Notes: a model not told the origin generated them from the sequence alone. Positions 46,967 to 55,786 are shown, counted from the stretch's first letter. The stretch: DNA of 64,000 nucleotides from an uncultured Acidobacteriota bacterium (GCA_963836945.1 CAWILL010000014.1:106486-170485), one strand, 5' to 3'. Numbers and translations: made by a program.

Positions 46967-49957
46967 TTAAAACGTGGTGGCCACCGTAAACCGGAAAGTC
47001 TTCCGCGGTTCGCGCAGCAGGAAACTGGGCGCGTACGTCTGCTTCGCCAGTTTGTAAGTGTAGGCTCCCGCCGCGGTCATCTCCCACTTTCCTGTCACCG
47101 GATTGATGCTGCCCGGGAACATCTCCGGCGTAATCGCGATCGGAGGATTCGCCGGCGTATCCAGCCGCAAAGGGTTATAGGCCCAGTAAATGCGAAACGG
47201 CGCATTGATCACCGGCAGGAACATCTGCAGTTCCAGTCCGGTGGACATGCGCAGTTTCCAGTTGGTGGCGTTCAGCACAGACAGAAACTGTGAGGGCTTG
47301 GGGTTCAACACATTGCCGCCAGCGCAATTGAAGCCGGTATCCAGCTGCGGACAGCCAAAGGGAGTTGATATCACCTGATCGTATTGCGCCTGCGCAATCT
47401 GCAACTGCGAAGGCCGGACGATGGAGTCGATACCTGCGTCGACGAACGGCGCCAGCACAACCGGCCCGGCAATCGTGTAGCGATATTCGAGGTTCCCCCA
47501 GGTGCTCAGGTCGCCGCCGGGGAACACGATCTGATCGACCGGAATCGGAATCGTCCAATTCCCCAATCGTGGGTTCGACGGATCCTTCAGCACCGGCGTA
47601 TTGTCCGGGTTGGTCAAGGTGATGACGTTCGAACTCGGCAAAAACGCAACCGGCGAGATCGACCGGATATCGAATCCGCGGATATCGTTTTCACCGCCCA
47701 TGTAGAAGCGCTGGAACGGCGGAGCGACCAGCCCTCCGAACCCACTGATGTACGATCCGTTCGCACTAAACCCGATGGCGTTTCGCCCCTTCTGCACTGG
47801 CACGAAGCGCTTGTATTGAACGATGGGCCGTATGGACCGCACCGTGCCGCCGATTCCAGCAAACTCCGCTCCCATTGTGAACTGGTGCCCGTGATGCGGA
47901 GAGATGCCGCTATCGAGCGTGTTGAACGAGAAATTGGGGAAGATCTTGCTGGTGATGATTCCGTTCACGGCATTCGGCCCGGAAATTCCACGGAACGCGA
48001 TAAAGTCGAATAGCGTCTTCGACGCCGTGCTCAACGGCAGCAGCGTCGACCGGTCGAACGAATACGTGATGCCCAGCCGTTTGAACGAGCGTCGCAGCGG
48101 ATAGCTTAGCGAAGTCGTGAAGCCCGCGCTCGATTGCGAATAGTTCTGCAGGTTCTGCAGCACCGCGCTGGGCAGGTTCAGGTTTTGTCCGCTGAAGATC
48201 GAGAGCTGCCGCGCCTGGTTGTAGCTGATCTTGTTGCCGAACACCGTAAATCCAAACTGCAGCGGCCGGTCAAACAGGTAGGGCTGCGTGTAGCCGAACA
48301 GCACGCTACGCGCCAGGTTCCCCAGGCTAATCTGCACCTGCAGCGTCTCGCCGCGTCCCAAGAAGTTGTTGGTAGAGTAGTTGAGCCCGATGAACGCTCC
48401 CTCCAGCCCGCTCACGCCTCCGTTCAACCCGATGCTGTTCTTGCCCTTCTCGTGGACATGCAGCGTCAGGTCCACGTAGCCGTTTTTCTCGTCCAACCGC
48501 TTTTCCGTCAGGTTCGGATCATCGGGCTTGAGCTGATCAAAATACGAGAGCTGATTCAAGCGCAGCAGGCTCAACTCCCACAAGCGCGAGTTGTAAATCC
48601 CGCCTTCTTCCAAGGCCAATTCGCGGCGGATAACTTTGTCGCGGGTCGTCGTATTCCCCTGGAACTCGATGCGCCGCACGTAGAACTGCTTGCCTTCGTC
48701 GACATCGATCTCAAGGTTCGCCAGCTTCTTTTCGTCATCAAATGTCGTCTGCGGAACACCCGTGTAGTTGATATATCCGTACTCGCCGTAGGCTTTCCGA
48801 AGATTCTCCAGGCCTTTCGCGATCTTCTCACGGCTGAAGATATCGCCATCTTTGAGTGGAATCATCGCCCGCAGCGCCGCCATATTCGAGATCGCTTTGT
48901 TGTTCTTGAACGTGATCTTGCCCAGCCGGTACTGGTCGCCTTCGTCGATCTGCATCGTGATATCGACAGCTTTTCCCGGACCCGACTGCACCAGAGGAAT
49001 GTGGAACCCTTTGTGGCCCGTATCGTGGATGACTGTCTTCGGATCGGCCACCGCCGCCTTGAAGTATCCCCGGTTCTGATACTCGGCACGCACCCGCTCG
49101 GTGTCTTCCTCAAGCTTGGTCGCGTCGTAAGTTTTGGCAAAGAGGCTTTCCAGAAAGATGGAGTGAGGAATACCGATCGGCTTCAGATTCTTCATCGCGG
49201 CGCGCAGAACGCGGCTCTTGATGTTCTTGTTGCCCTGGAAAATAATCTTCCCGACCTTAACCTTCGGACCCTCCTTCACCACAAACGTAATGCCCACGGC
49301 CGCAGGAGGAACCTGGCGCACTTCGGTGCGAACCGTGGCGAATTGCCTGCCGTGTTCCGACAGCAGGTTCTTGATCGAGTTCTCCGCCCTTTTGATACGT
49401 GTCGGATCGTACTGGCTTTCCACCGTAAGCCCGACCTTGTCCTGCTTGAAGCGGTCCAGAATGTCGCTGTTCGAAACAGAACTTGCCCCAACATAGTCGA
49501 TCGTGCGGATCGTCGGCTTTTCCTTCACCTGCACGATGATCCGCCAGCCTTTCGGCGTCTGTTCGCGTAGAAACTTGATGTCTTCGAAGTAGCCCGTATT
49601 CCACAGAGAGTTGAAATCGCGCTCCAGAGCCGCCGCGTCATATATGTCACCCGGCTTGCTGAAAATGCGCGATTTCACAGTTTCGGCGGGAATGCGCCGG
49701 TTCCCAGTCACATTGATCTCAGAGATCACATCGTTGTTCTGGGCATAGGCCATGCTGGCTGCTGCGATCAGGGCTGCCAGCGTCATTGCAAACGCACAGG
49801 CGCGCCACCCCCACTCTCTCCAAATCCGCTGGAATGAATGAGATGGCACCGCTGCTGCCCTCGTAACGCAGGGAGCCTTGGGCGCGACAAGGTTCTCCGG
49901 ATGAAAGCGAAAAGGAATCGCTACGACCTCAGCCTCTGGGATGTGAGAAAACTGCAA
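46967..49957 (-). CDS. bamA: Outer membrane protein assembly factor BamA
   Basis: Five POTRA-like repeats (INVTGNRRIP..., KIIFQGNKNI..., ITFKNNKAIS..., IEFQGNTTTRD...) and a C-terminal Omp85 barrel ending in F. The true start is probably internal (for example ATG 49786, giving MTLAALIAAASMAYAQ). Confidence 0.9.
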   Translation of the reverse strand: MQFSHIPEAEVVAIPFRFHPENLVAPKAPCVTRAAAVPSHSFQRIWREWGWRACAFAMTLAALIAAASMAYAQNNDVISEINVTGNRRIPAETVKSRIFSKPGDIYDAAALERDFNSLWNTGYFEDIKFLREQTPKGWRIIVQVKEKPTIRTIDYVGASSVSNSDILDRFKQDKVGLTVESQYDPTRIKRAENSIKNLLSEHGRQFATVRTEVRQVPPAAVGITFVVKEGPKVKVGKIIFQGNKNIKSRVLRAAMKNLKPIGIPHSIFLESLFAKTYDATKLEEDTERVRAEYQNRGYFKAAVADPKTVIHDTGHKGFHIPLVQSGPGKAVDITMQIDEGDQYRLGKITFKNNKAISNMAALRAMIPLKDGDIFSREKIAKGLENLRKAYGEYGYINYTGVPQTTFDDEKKLANLEIDVDEGKQFYVRRIEFQGNTTTRDKVIRRELALEEGGIYNSRLWELSLLRLNQLSYFDQLKPDDPNLTEKRLDEKNGYVDLTLHVHEKGKNSIGLNGGVSGLEGAFIGLNYSTNNFLGRGETLQVQISLGNLARSVLFGYTQPYLFDRPLQFGFTVFGNKISYNQARQLSIFSGQNLNLPSAVLQNLQNYSQSSAGFTTSLSYPLRRSFKRLGITYSFDRSTLLPLSTASKTLFDFIAFRGISGPNAVNGIITSKIFPNFSFNTLDSGISPHHGHQFTMGAEFAGIGGTVRSIRPIVQYKRFVPVQKGRNAIGFSANGSYISGFGGLVAPPFQRFYMGGENDIRGFDIRSISPVAFLPSSNVITLTNPDNTPVLKDPSNPRLGNWTIPIPVDQIVFPGGDLSTWGNLEYRYTIAGPVVLAPFVDAGIDSIVRPSQLQIAQAQYDQVISTPFGCPQLDTGFNCAGGNVLNPKPSQFLSVLNATNWKLRMSTGLELQMFLPVINAPFRIYWAYNPLRLDTPANPPIAITPEMFPGSINPVTGKWEMTAAGAYTYKLAKQTYAPSFLLREPRKTFRFTVATTF

Positions 49958-50087
49958 TTATACGGTAGACCAAGGGAAAGCGTCCAAGTTGCGACTCTCA
50001 ATTTGCCATCCTTCGGTCGTCGCAGACGCTAGTACATTACACGGCAGTCGCGATCCCCGAGCATTGGGCTCTCGACCGGCCAAATCA

Positions 50088-52346
50088 CTAATGGCTGCTT
50101 TTGGGCTTGGACAACTCTACTTCAACCAAGACGGAATAAAACGTAGCCGAGTTGCCCATGTCGGTAAGTTTTTCTGAGGTTAAGCTGTTGATACTCTGAA
50201 ATCCGGGCGCCATCTTCGCCCAATGCAGGCTCGCGGAAACAACTCCTGCTTGCACTTTCCCGTCCACTCGCGCGACCAGTTCCACATCGCCACGATGATT
50301 AAAGACCCGCACCCGGTCGCCATCCGCAATGCCCCGCGCCTGCGCATCGACTGAAGAAATCTCCAGCAATCCCGGTTCCTCCATCTCTTGCACCGAAGGC
50401 ACGTTGGAGAACGTCGTATTGAGAAAGTTGTCGGCCTTCCGCGCCAGCAACTCCAGCGGCAGTCCATTTTGCTTGGCGTGTCGCGATTCCAAAGGCGGCC
50501 GGAACTCCACCACCGGATCGAGACCCTGCGTCTTCAAGGACTCAGAATAGAGTTCGGCTTTTCCCGAAGGAGTCCGAAACCCTCCGCGAGCAAACGGAAG
50601 AAAGGGTTCGAATGTGGGGACAGCCGCCATCGGCTGTCCAGCGGAGCGAAGCTCCGCCGTCGGGTGCCCCACTTGTCCCTGCCTTTGGGAGAAGTGGGGA
50701 TTTTCGCCAACGTCGGTTCCAGAAGCCGCAAACTTCATCCGCACCGCTTCCCGTTCCAGACGTTCGCGACTCATCCCCTCCATCCACGTATCATCCGATC
50801 CCAGCGCCAGATCGATCATCTCATCGACGCTCTCCCGGAAACATTCCTCCTCGAACCCCATGCGCTCCGCCAGACCGCGGAACAACTCCACATTCGACCG
50901 GCACTCGCCCAACGGCTCGATCGCCTGGTTCGATACCTGCACATAGTAGTGCCCGTAGCCCTTCTGCAAATCCTTATGCTCGAAGAAAGTCGTCGCCGGC
51001 AGAACGATATCGGCGTAATCGGTGGTGTCGGTGAAGAACTGCTCATGCACCACCGTAAACAGATCCGGCCGCAGCAATCCACGAATCACCGCTTGATGAT
51101 TCGGACACACCGCCGCCGGATTCGAGTTGTACACGAACAAGGCCTTCACCGGCGGATCATTCACTTTGTTCAGCACACGCCCCAGTTCGACCATATTGAG
51201 CGTTCGAGCTTCGCGCCGGAGAGCGGCATTCATCAGGTCCGGACGCCTCAGGCCTTCTGAATTGAAATCCGCGGCACCGCTCAATGACATCTGCAACCCG
51301 CCTCCAACTTCCTTCCACGATCCGATCACGCACGGCAGCATCACGACGGCCCGCGTCGCCATCCCTCCGCCTTCCGAGCGCTGCACACCATAATTCAGCC
51401 GGATCACCGATGGCCGCACCGTCGCATACTCCCGCGCCAACTTCCGAATGTCTCCCGCCACAATCCCCGTCCACTGCGCCACACGCTCCGGCGGATACGC
51501 TTTCACTTTCTCCCGCAGTTGCTCGAACCCAACCGTGTACTTCGCAACATAATCAGCATCGTGCAGATTCTCGCCGATGATCACATGCATCATTCCGAGC
51601 GCCAGAGCCGCGTCAGTCCCTGGATTGATCGGCAGATACCAGTCGGCGCACTCCGCGGTCCGCGTGCGATACGGATCGATCACCACCAGCTTCGCACCAT
51701 TCCGCCGCGCTTCCGCGATGAACGGCCACAGATGCACATTGTTCCCGTGAATGTTCGAAGCCCACGCGATGATGTACTTCGAATGCCGGAACTGTTCCGG
51801 CTCGGTCCCGAGTTTCACTCCCAGCACCGACTTTAGCCCAGCCTCACCCGCCGCCGAGCAAATCGTGCGATCGAGTTGCGAAGCCCCCAGCCGATGAAAG
51901 AACCGCCGGTCCATCGACCCGCCATTCAGCGCTCCCAAAGTTCCGCCGTAGGAATAAGGCAGAATCGCCTCACTGCCAGACTCCGCCGAGATCGCGAGAA
52001 AACGCGAGGTGATCTCGTCCAAGGCCTCGCCCCATGAAATCCGCCGCCAGACCGAAGAAGTGATTTGTGTGGTGGCAGCCGCCCCCGACTGTCCTGCCTG
52101 TGTGGCGCGGGCGCTTCCGCCCGCGAAGGGCCCTTTAGGGCCGACTCTCTTCATCGGATACATCACCCGGTCCGGTGAATACACCCGATCCAGATACTTC
52201 GCCACCTTCGCGCACAAAAACCCGCGCGTCACCGCATGCTCCGGATCCCCCTGGATCTTCGTAGCTCGCCCGTCCTCGACCGTAATCAGCACCCCGCAAG
52301 CGTCCGGACAATCATGCGGACAAGCGGCACGCACCACTCGCTTCAT
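50088..52346 (-). CDS. Molybdopterin-dependent oxidoreductase (MopB superfamily) with N-terminal 4Fe-4S motif and two in-frame repeat-derived inserts
   Basis: CPHDCPDACG...C cluster, molybdopterin and C-terminal beta-barrel regions (FRTPSGKAELYS, VRVFNHRGDV). Confidence 0.85.
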   Translation of the reverse strand: MKRVVRAACPHDCPDACGVLITVEDGRATKIQGDPEHAVTRGFLCAKVAKYLDRVYSPDRVMYPMKRVGPKGPFAGGSARATQAGQSGAAATTQITSSVWRRISWGEALDEITSRFLAISAESGSEAILPYSYGGTLGALNGGSMDRRFFHRLGASQLDRTICSAAGEAGLKSVLGVKLGTEPEQFRHSKYIIAWASNIHGNNVHLWPFIAEARRNGAKLVVIDPYRTRTAECADWYLPINPGTDAALALGMMHVIIGENLHDADYVAKYTVGFEQLREKVKAYPPERVAQWTGIVAGDIRKLAREYATVRPSVIRLNYGVQRSEGGGMATRAVVMLPCVIGSWKEVGGGLQMSLSGAADFNSEGLRRPDLMNAALRREARTLNMVELGRVLNKVNDPPVKALFVYNSNPAAVCPNHQAVIRGLLRPDLFTVVHEQFFTDTTDYADIVLPATTFFEHKDLQKGYGHYYVQVSNQAIEPLGECRSNVELFRGLAERMGFEEECFRESVDEMIDLALGSDDTWMEGMSRERLEREAVRMKFAASGTDVGENPHFSQRQGQVGHPTAELRSAGQPMAAVPTFEPFLPFARGGFRTPSGKAELYSESLKTQGLDPVVEFRPPLESRHAKQNGLPLELLARKADNFLNTTFSNVPSVQEMEEPGLLEISSVDAQARGIADGDRVRVFNHRGDVELVARVDGKVQAGVVSASLHWAKMAPGFQSINSLTSEKLTDMGNSATFYSVLVEVELSKPKSSH

Positions 52347-52380
52347 AGAGGTCGATTATAAGGGAGCGGCAATACGTGTA

Positions 52381-52495
52381 GCGACAGCCGCCTCGGCTGT
52401 CCCGCGAAGCAAAGCGAGCGGCCCAGAGACGCTGCACTTTGCCGTGAAAAATAATCGAGCTTCGCTCGACCGGACAGCCGAAGGCGGCTGTCCCG
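52381..52495. repeat. Hairpin repeat family 1 (GACAGCCG-N4-CGGCTGTC with adjacent CGAGC-TTC-GCTCG hairpin), two copies in the oxidoreductase leader
   Basis: GACAGCCGCCTCGGCTGTC (52383-52401), CGAGCTTCGCTCG (52456-52468), GGACAGCCGAAGGCGGCTGTCC (52472-52493). An inverted related copy lies at 50616-50657. Confidence 0.75.
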
Positions 52496-52507
52496 TCCCC
52501 ACAAAAA

Positions 52508-53213
52508 ATCGGGATAGGGGGACGATCACTCGTCCTCCCCTCCGACACCACCGTACATGCGGATCCGTATACGGCGGTTCGGCGGGTTGAGCTCGATGTG
52601 AGTAGCCGGGCTTGCGATACAACGCGTCGCCAGAGACCGATTCGGTCCCTTCGTAGACTCCCCTTGGAGCTTCACTCCGCCGGGAATCCGGAAGGCCAAA
52701 CGATTGGCTTTTCGGCCGCGGGTCGTTCCTGAGAACGCGCGCTGTACTCGCCACTCCCTTCCCTTCGGGCCTTCGCTCATCGTTCCCGGCTTGGCCTAGC
52801 TGTTGCTCCGCCTTTCGGCATGGGAGTGCCTCATTATCCTCGCCGACTGCATGACCCACTTTGCCCTCGGCTGACTTCTACGGCATGGTCAGAATGAATC
52901 GCTTCATCCTCCGTCACGTTCTGTGACATGCCGCAGATCTCCCGCGGTAAGTTCGACCGCCTTCGACGCGCAACCGCCGGATTTACCACCAGTGAGCTTG
53001 ATGGATATGGGCTTTGCAGTCATCTGCCCGCTCGCCCGCCACCGTAGGCCTCGTATCCGGTTCTGGTTCATCGGCTCGCGTCTTTGTTCCGCGCTTCTTT
53101 CCGGCCTCGCCTCGCGGCGAGTGTGATTTCACCGTTGCGCTTCGCTATCACTTCACGTCCATCACGTTGTGAAGAGGACTTGCACCTCCCAGCTGTCGAC
53201 CATGCTCGGCACA
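52508..53213 (-). mobile_element. Group II intron, class C (IIC)-like, with no ORF (~706 nt)
   Basis: The 5' end is GUGUGCCGAGCAUGG, 1 nt after a terminator U-tract. Domain V is GAACCGCCGUAUACGGAUCCGCAUGUACGGUGGUG (52546-52580). Domain VI is GGACGA-GUGA-UCGUCC with a bulged A 7 nt before the terminal ...CCCGAU. No reverse-transcriptase ORF. Confidence 0.8.
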
Positions 53214-53214
53214 C

Positions 53215-53246
53215 CAAAAAAAGCGGACGGCCCAAAGGCCGTCCGC
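53215..53246 (-). terminator. Rho-independent terminator of the DUF4382 lipoprotein gene (also the intron insertion context)
   Basis: Minus strand: GCGGACGGCC-UUUG-GGCCGUCCGC followed by eight U. Confidence 0.85.
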
Positions 53247-53266
53247 AGTAGTTCGCTTGGATTCAC

Positions 53267-54664
53267 CTAGTTCTGCGGCGGGTCCGCCACCACTCCCGCA
53301 TAGAACTGCGTCGTCCCGCTGACCGGGTCCTTCAGCAGCAATCCGCGTGTCACCAGCGGAATCGCGGTGGTCTCGGACTGAAGCTGGCTGAGCCCTGTAA
53401 GGTTGATGAAGAACGTCAGGTTGTAGGTATTCACTGTGACCGGCCCACCCACGGAATAGCCGACCAGCCCGTTGTTGTTCAGCAGGAAGTTTCCGGCGTT
53501 TCCGTTGGCGATCGTGACATGCCCCACGTCCAGCGTGCCGTACATCCCCTGCCGCCGCAGCGAGATCATCGCCGGAGTGAACACGCTATTCACAAAGCCG
53601 CCACCGATGAAGATCCGCTGTCCCACTTCAATGGACGTGTTGTCAAACAGCGCGTTGGTAAACGGATTGTCCATGAAGCAGATGTCATATTGCGTGACAG
53701 CGTTGATGTCGATCGTCTGGATCGTGTCCACCCAGCTGACCATGTCCGCGCCGGTTTCACCGATCCACATCGTCACCTGCAGATGACCAGAGCCGTTGGT
53801 ACCAACCTGCAGCACGCGGCCGGACACGAACGACTGTGACGTCGTTACCACCTCCACGCCGCTAGCCATGAGGCTGCCATCGGTCTGGAATCGTCCCTGC
53901 ACTGCCACAAACGCCGGCGTCGCAAGATTATTGATGTTCCATCCGCTATTGAACTGTGTGTTGCTGTTCACGTAAATCGTGAGTTGCCGTCCGTACGGCC
54001 CCTGCAAGACAAACGAATTGTTCCCCGCGCTGACCGAGACCAGTCCGCCCATCAGATCCGTGATTTCGCCATCGGGATCGCTGGCTTTCGTCGCCTTGGC
54101 ATAAATAACCGGGGTCACGATCGCTTGACCACTGCCATTGAGCAGGATCTGTCCGTTAGCATCCACCGAGACGGACTTACGGATATCCACTTCCATCTTG
54201 AGTCCGGCAAGACCGTTACTCGCGACCACCATCGGCGTCGGGAAATTAACCGTGATAGTGTCCGGATTCTGCGGCAGAGCTCCGGTATAGGTGTTCAGCG
54301 CCGGCGGATTCTGCGTCATGTCGACGTAGGAAATCATCGGATTGGCGACGACAAAAGTCACGCTCGTGTAATTCCCTGGCGTAACCGAGTTGAACGCGAG
54401 CGGTGAGCGCAACCCTAGCAGCCGCGCAAAGTCGACTGTGGTTGGCGTCGAGAGCACCGTCGCCGTGCTGCCGCCCTGCTCGTTCAGCGTGATGGAATTA
54501 AGAGTGAGGCTGAAGCCCACGACCGAAGACAGCGGCGCGTCCTCACCCGTCACGAATACCGCGCCTGGCTGAGAGTTCGAGTTCTGTGATGAGGAATTCG
54601 ATCCACATCCGATCCCCATCAAGCTGAGCCCGAGTACCAATGCAATCCCGATGAACTTTTTCAT
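53267..54664 (-). CDS. DUF4382-like lipoprotein
   Basis: Start trimmed to MKKFIGIALVLGLSLMGIGC (lipobox). VFVTGEDAPLSSVVGFSLTLNSITL...TVDFARLLG...GNYTSVTF resembles DUF4382. Confidence 0.75.
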   Translation of the reverse strand: MKKFIGIALVLGLSLMGIGCGSNSSSQNSNSQPGAVFVTGEDAPLSSVVGFSLTLNSITLNEQGGSTATVLSTPTTVDFARLLGLRSPLAFNSVTPGNYTSVTFVVANPMISYVDMTQNPPALNTYTGALPQNPDTITVNFPTPMVVASNGLAGLKMEVDIRKSVSVDANGQILLNGSGQAIVTPVIYAKATKASDPDGEITDLMGGLVSVSAGNNSFVLQGPYGRQLTIYVNSNTQFNSGWNINNLATPAFVAVQGRFQTDGSLMASGVEVVTTSQSFVSGRVLQVGTNGSGHLQVTMWIGETGADMVSWVDTIQTIDINAVTQYDICFMDNPFTNALFDNTSIEVGQRIFIGGGFVNSVFTPAMISLRRQGMYGTLDVGHVTIANGNAGNFLLNNNGLVGYSVGGPVTVNTYNLTFFINLTGLSQLQSETTAIPLVTRGLLLKDPVSGTTQFYAGVVADPPQN

Positions 54665-54846
54665 GGCTGACTCCGAAGTTAGTTTTTTCGTGAAGTAGGT
54701 CGTTCCGGGGGGAGCCGTGAGTAGCTTCACGGCAATGCAAACACAGGCTTTTCAGAAATGTCGCGTAACCAGTGAAGACATTACTTTGCCTGGAAAAGCC
54801 GTCGACACAGCGGCTATGTATCCAGATTTGAAGGATTTACGCGAAT

Positions 54847-54896
54847 GCAGGGGAGATGCCAGGTTCCAGTAGCAGGGGAGATGCCAGGTTCCAGTA
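54847..54896 (-). promoter_or_regulatory. Two sigma-54-type -24/-12 elements in a perfect 25-bp tandem duplication
   Basis: Minus strand: (TACTGGAACCTGGCATCTCCCCTGC)x2. Each unit contains TGGCAT-N5-CTGC(T/A), that is GG-N10-GC. It lies about 170-200 nt upstream of the lipoprotein start. Confidence 0.5.
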
Positions 54897-54932
54897 CATG
54901 TACGTGCGTGAAAAGAATTATTAAAGACTCGA

Positions 54933-54989
54933 GGGTGCCCCTTCCTTGTCTCGCGCATTTCGCGAGACAGGGTGGGGATTTTGACTTTT
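54933..54989 (+). repeat. Hairpin repeat family 2, intergenic copy
   Basis: GGGTGCCCCTTCCTTGTCTCGCG-CATT-TCGCGAGACAGGGTGGGGATTTTGACTTTT. Confidence 0.75.
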
Positions 54990-55079
54990 TCGTAGAAAAA
55001 TTCCTGATTCTCAGGAGAGAGAAAAGGGGGTTCCTTCGTGTCCTTGGCGGTTTATGGTTTCCGACTTGCGAGGAAGCGG

Positions 55080-55664
55080 TTACTTCAATTCCAGCACTTC
55101 CTTCTCTTTCGCCTTGCTCATCTCTTCCATCTTCTTGATCTCGCCGTCGGTCAGCTTCTGAATCTCATCCAGCGACCGCTTCTCTTCATCCTCAGTAATT
55201 TTCTTATCCTTCATCGCCTTCTTGATCGCGTCGTTGCCGTCCCGTCGAATATTCCGTACCGCAGTCCGATGCTCCTCCAACACGCGATGCAGATGCTTCA
55301 CCATATCCTGCCGGCGTTCCTGGGTCAGCGGAGGCACGGGCACGCGGATCATCTTCCCGTCATTCATCGGATTCAATCCCAAATCCCCACTGCGAATCGC
55401 CTTCTCGATTGCCGGCAACTGCGACGGATCAAACGGCTGTACGGTGATCAACTGTGCCTCTGGCGCGTGCACCTGCGCCACCTGGTTCAAGGGCATCTGC
55501 GCCCCGTAGGCATCCACGGTCACGCCGTCCAGCATGTGCACCGACGCCCGTCCAGTCCTCGTCGCCGCCATCGCCTTGCGGAAGTCTTCGACAGCTTTAT
55601 CCATGCGCGTCTTCAGTTGCACGTACGTATCTTTCAGTCCAGCAATTGAAGCCATCATCGCCAT
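55080..55664 (-). CDS. frr: Ribosome recycling factor
   Basis: TGRASVHMLDGVTVDAYG...LITVQPFD...AIRSGDLGLNP...IRVPVPPLTEERR-type motifs. ATG 55664 has GGAG 8 nt upstream. Confidence 0.9.
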   Translation of the reverse strand: MAMMASIAGLKDTYVQLKTRMDKAVEDFRKAMAATRTGRASVHMLDGVTVDAYGAQMPLNQVAQVHAPEAQLITVQPFDPSQLPAIEKAIRSGDLGLNPMNDGKMIRVPVPPLTQERRQDMVKHLHRVLEEHRTAVRNIRRDGNDAIKKAMKDKKITEDEEKRSLDEIQKLTDGEIKKMEEMSKAKEKEVLELK

Positions 55665-55714
55665 AAAGTCAGCTCCATTCCAAAACGTCGCATTATAAAC
55701 CCCCAAAATCTCAG

Positions 55715-55778
55715 ACCACAAAGGACACGAAGGAACACGAAGTAATCTTGCTTCGTGAACCTTCGTGCCCTTTGTGGT
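55715..55778. repeat. Hairpin repeat family 3 (ACCACAAAGGACACGAAGG ... CCTTCGTGCCCTTTGTGGT)
   Basis: 18/19-bp inverted repeat between pyrH and frr. Its right arm (55751-55779) is identical over 29 nt to 61899-61927. Confidence 0.8.
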
Positions 55779-55786
55779 TCTCGCTC

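Noticed and set aside
48134-49570. 478-aa ORF on the plus strand
   Set aside because: It is antisense to bamA, whose POTRA repeats and Omp85 barrel are read on the minus strand. It is a shadow ORF.
52356-52859. 167-aa ORF inside the intron/leader region, considered as a possible intron-encoded protein
   Set aside because: It has no reverse-transcriptase, maturase or endonuclease motifs. It reads straight through domain V/VI RNA and the REP hairpins (…PPYTDPHVRWCRRGG…), so it is a translation artefact of structured RNA.
54847-54896. The 25-bp tandem duplication (and the 7-bp array at 59372-59416) considered as a CRISPR array
   Set aside because: The repeats are directly adjacent with no spacers, there are only 2 units (or the period is only 7 nt), and no cas genes are present in the window.
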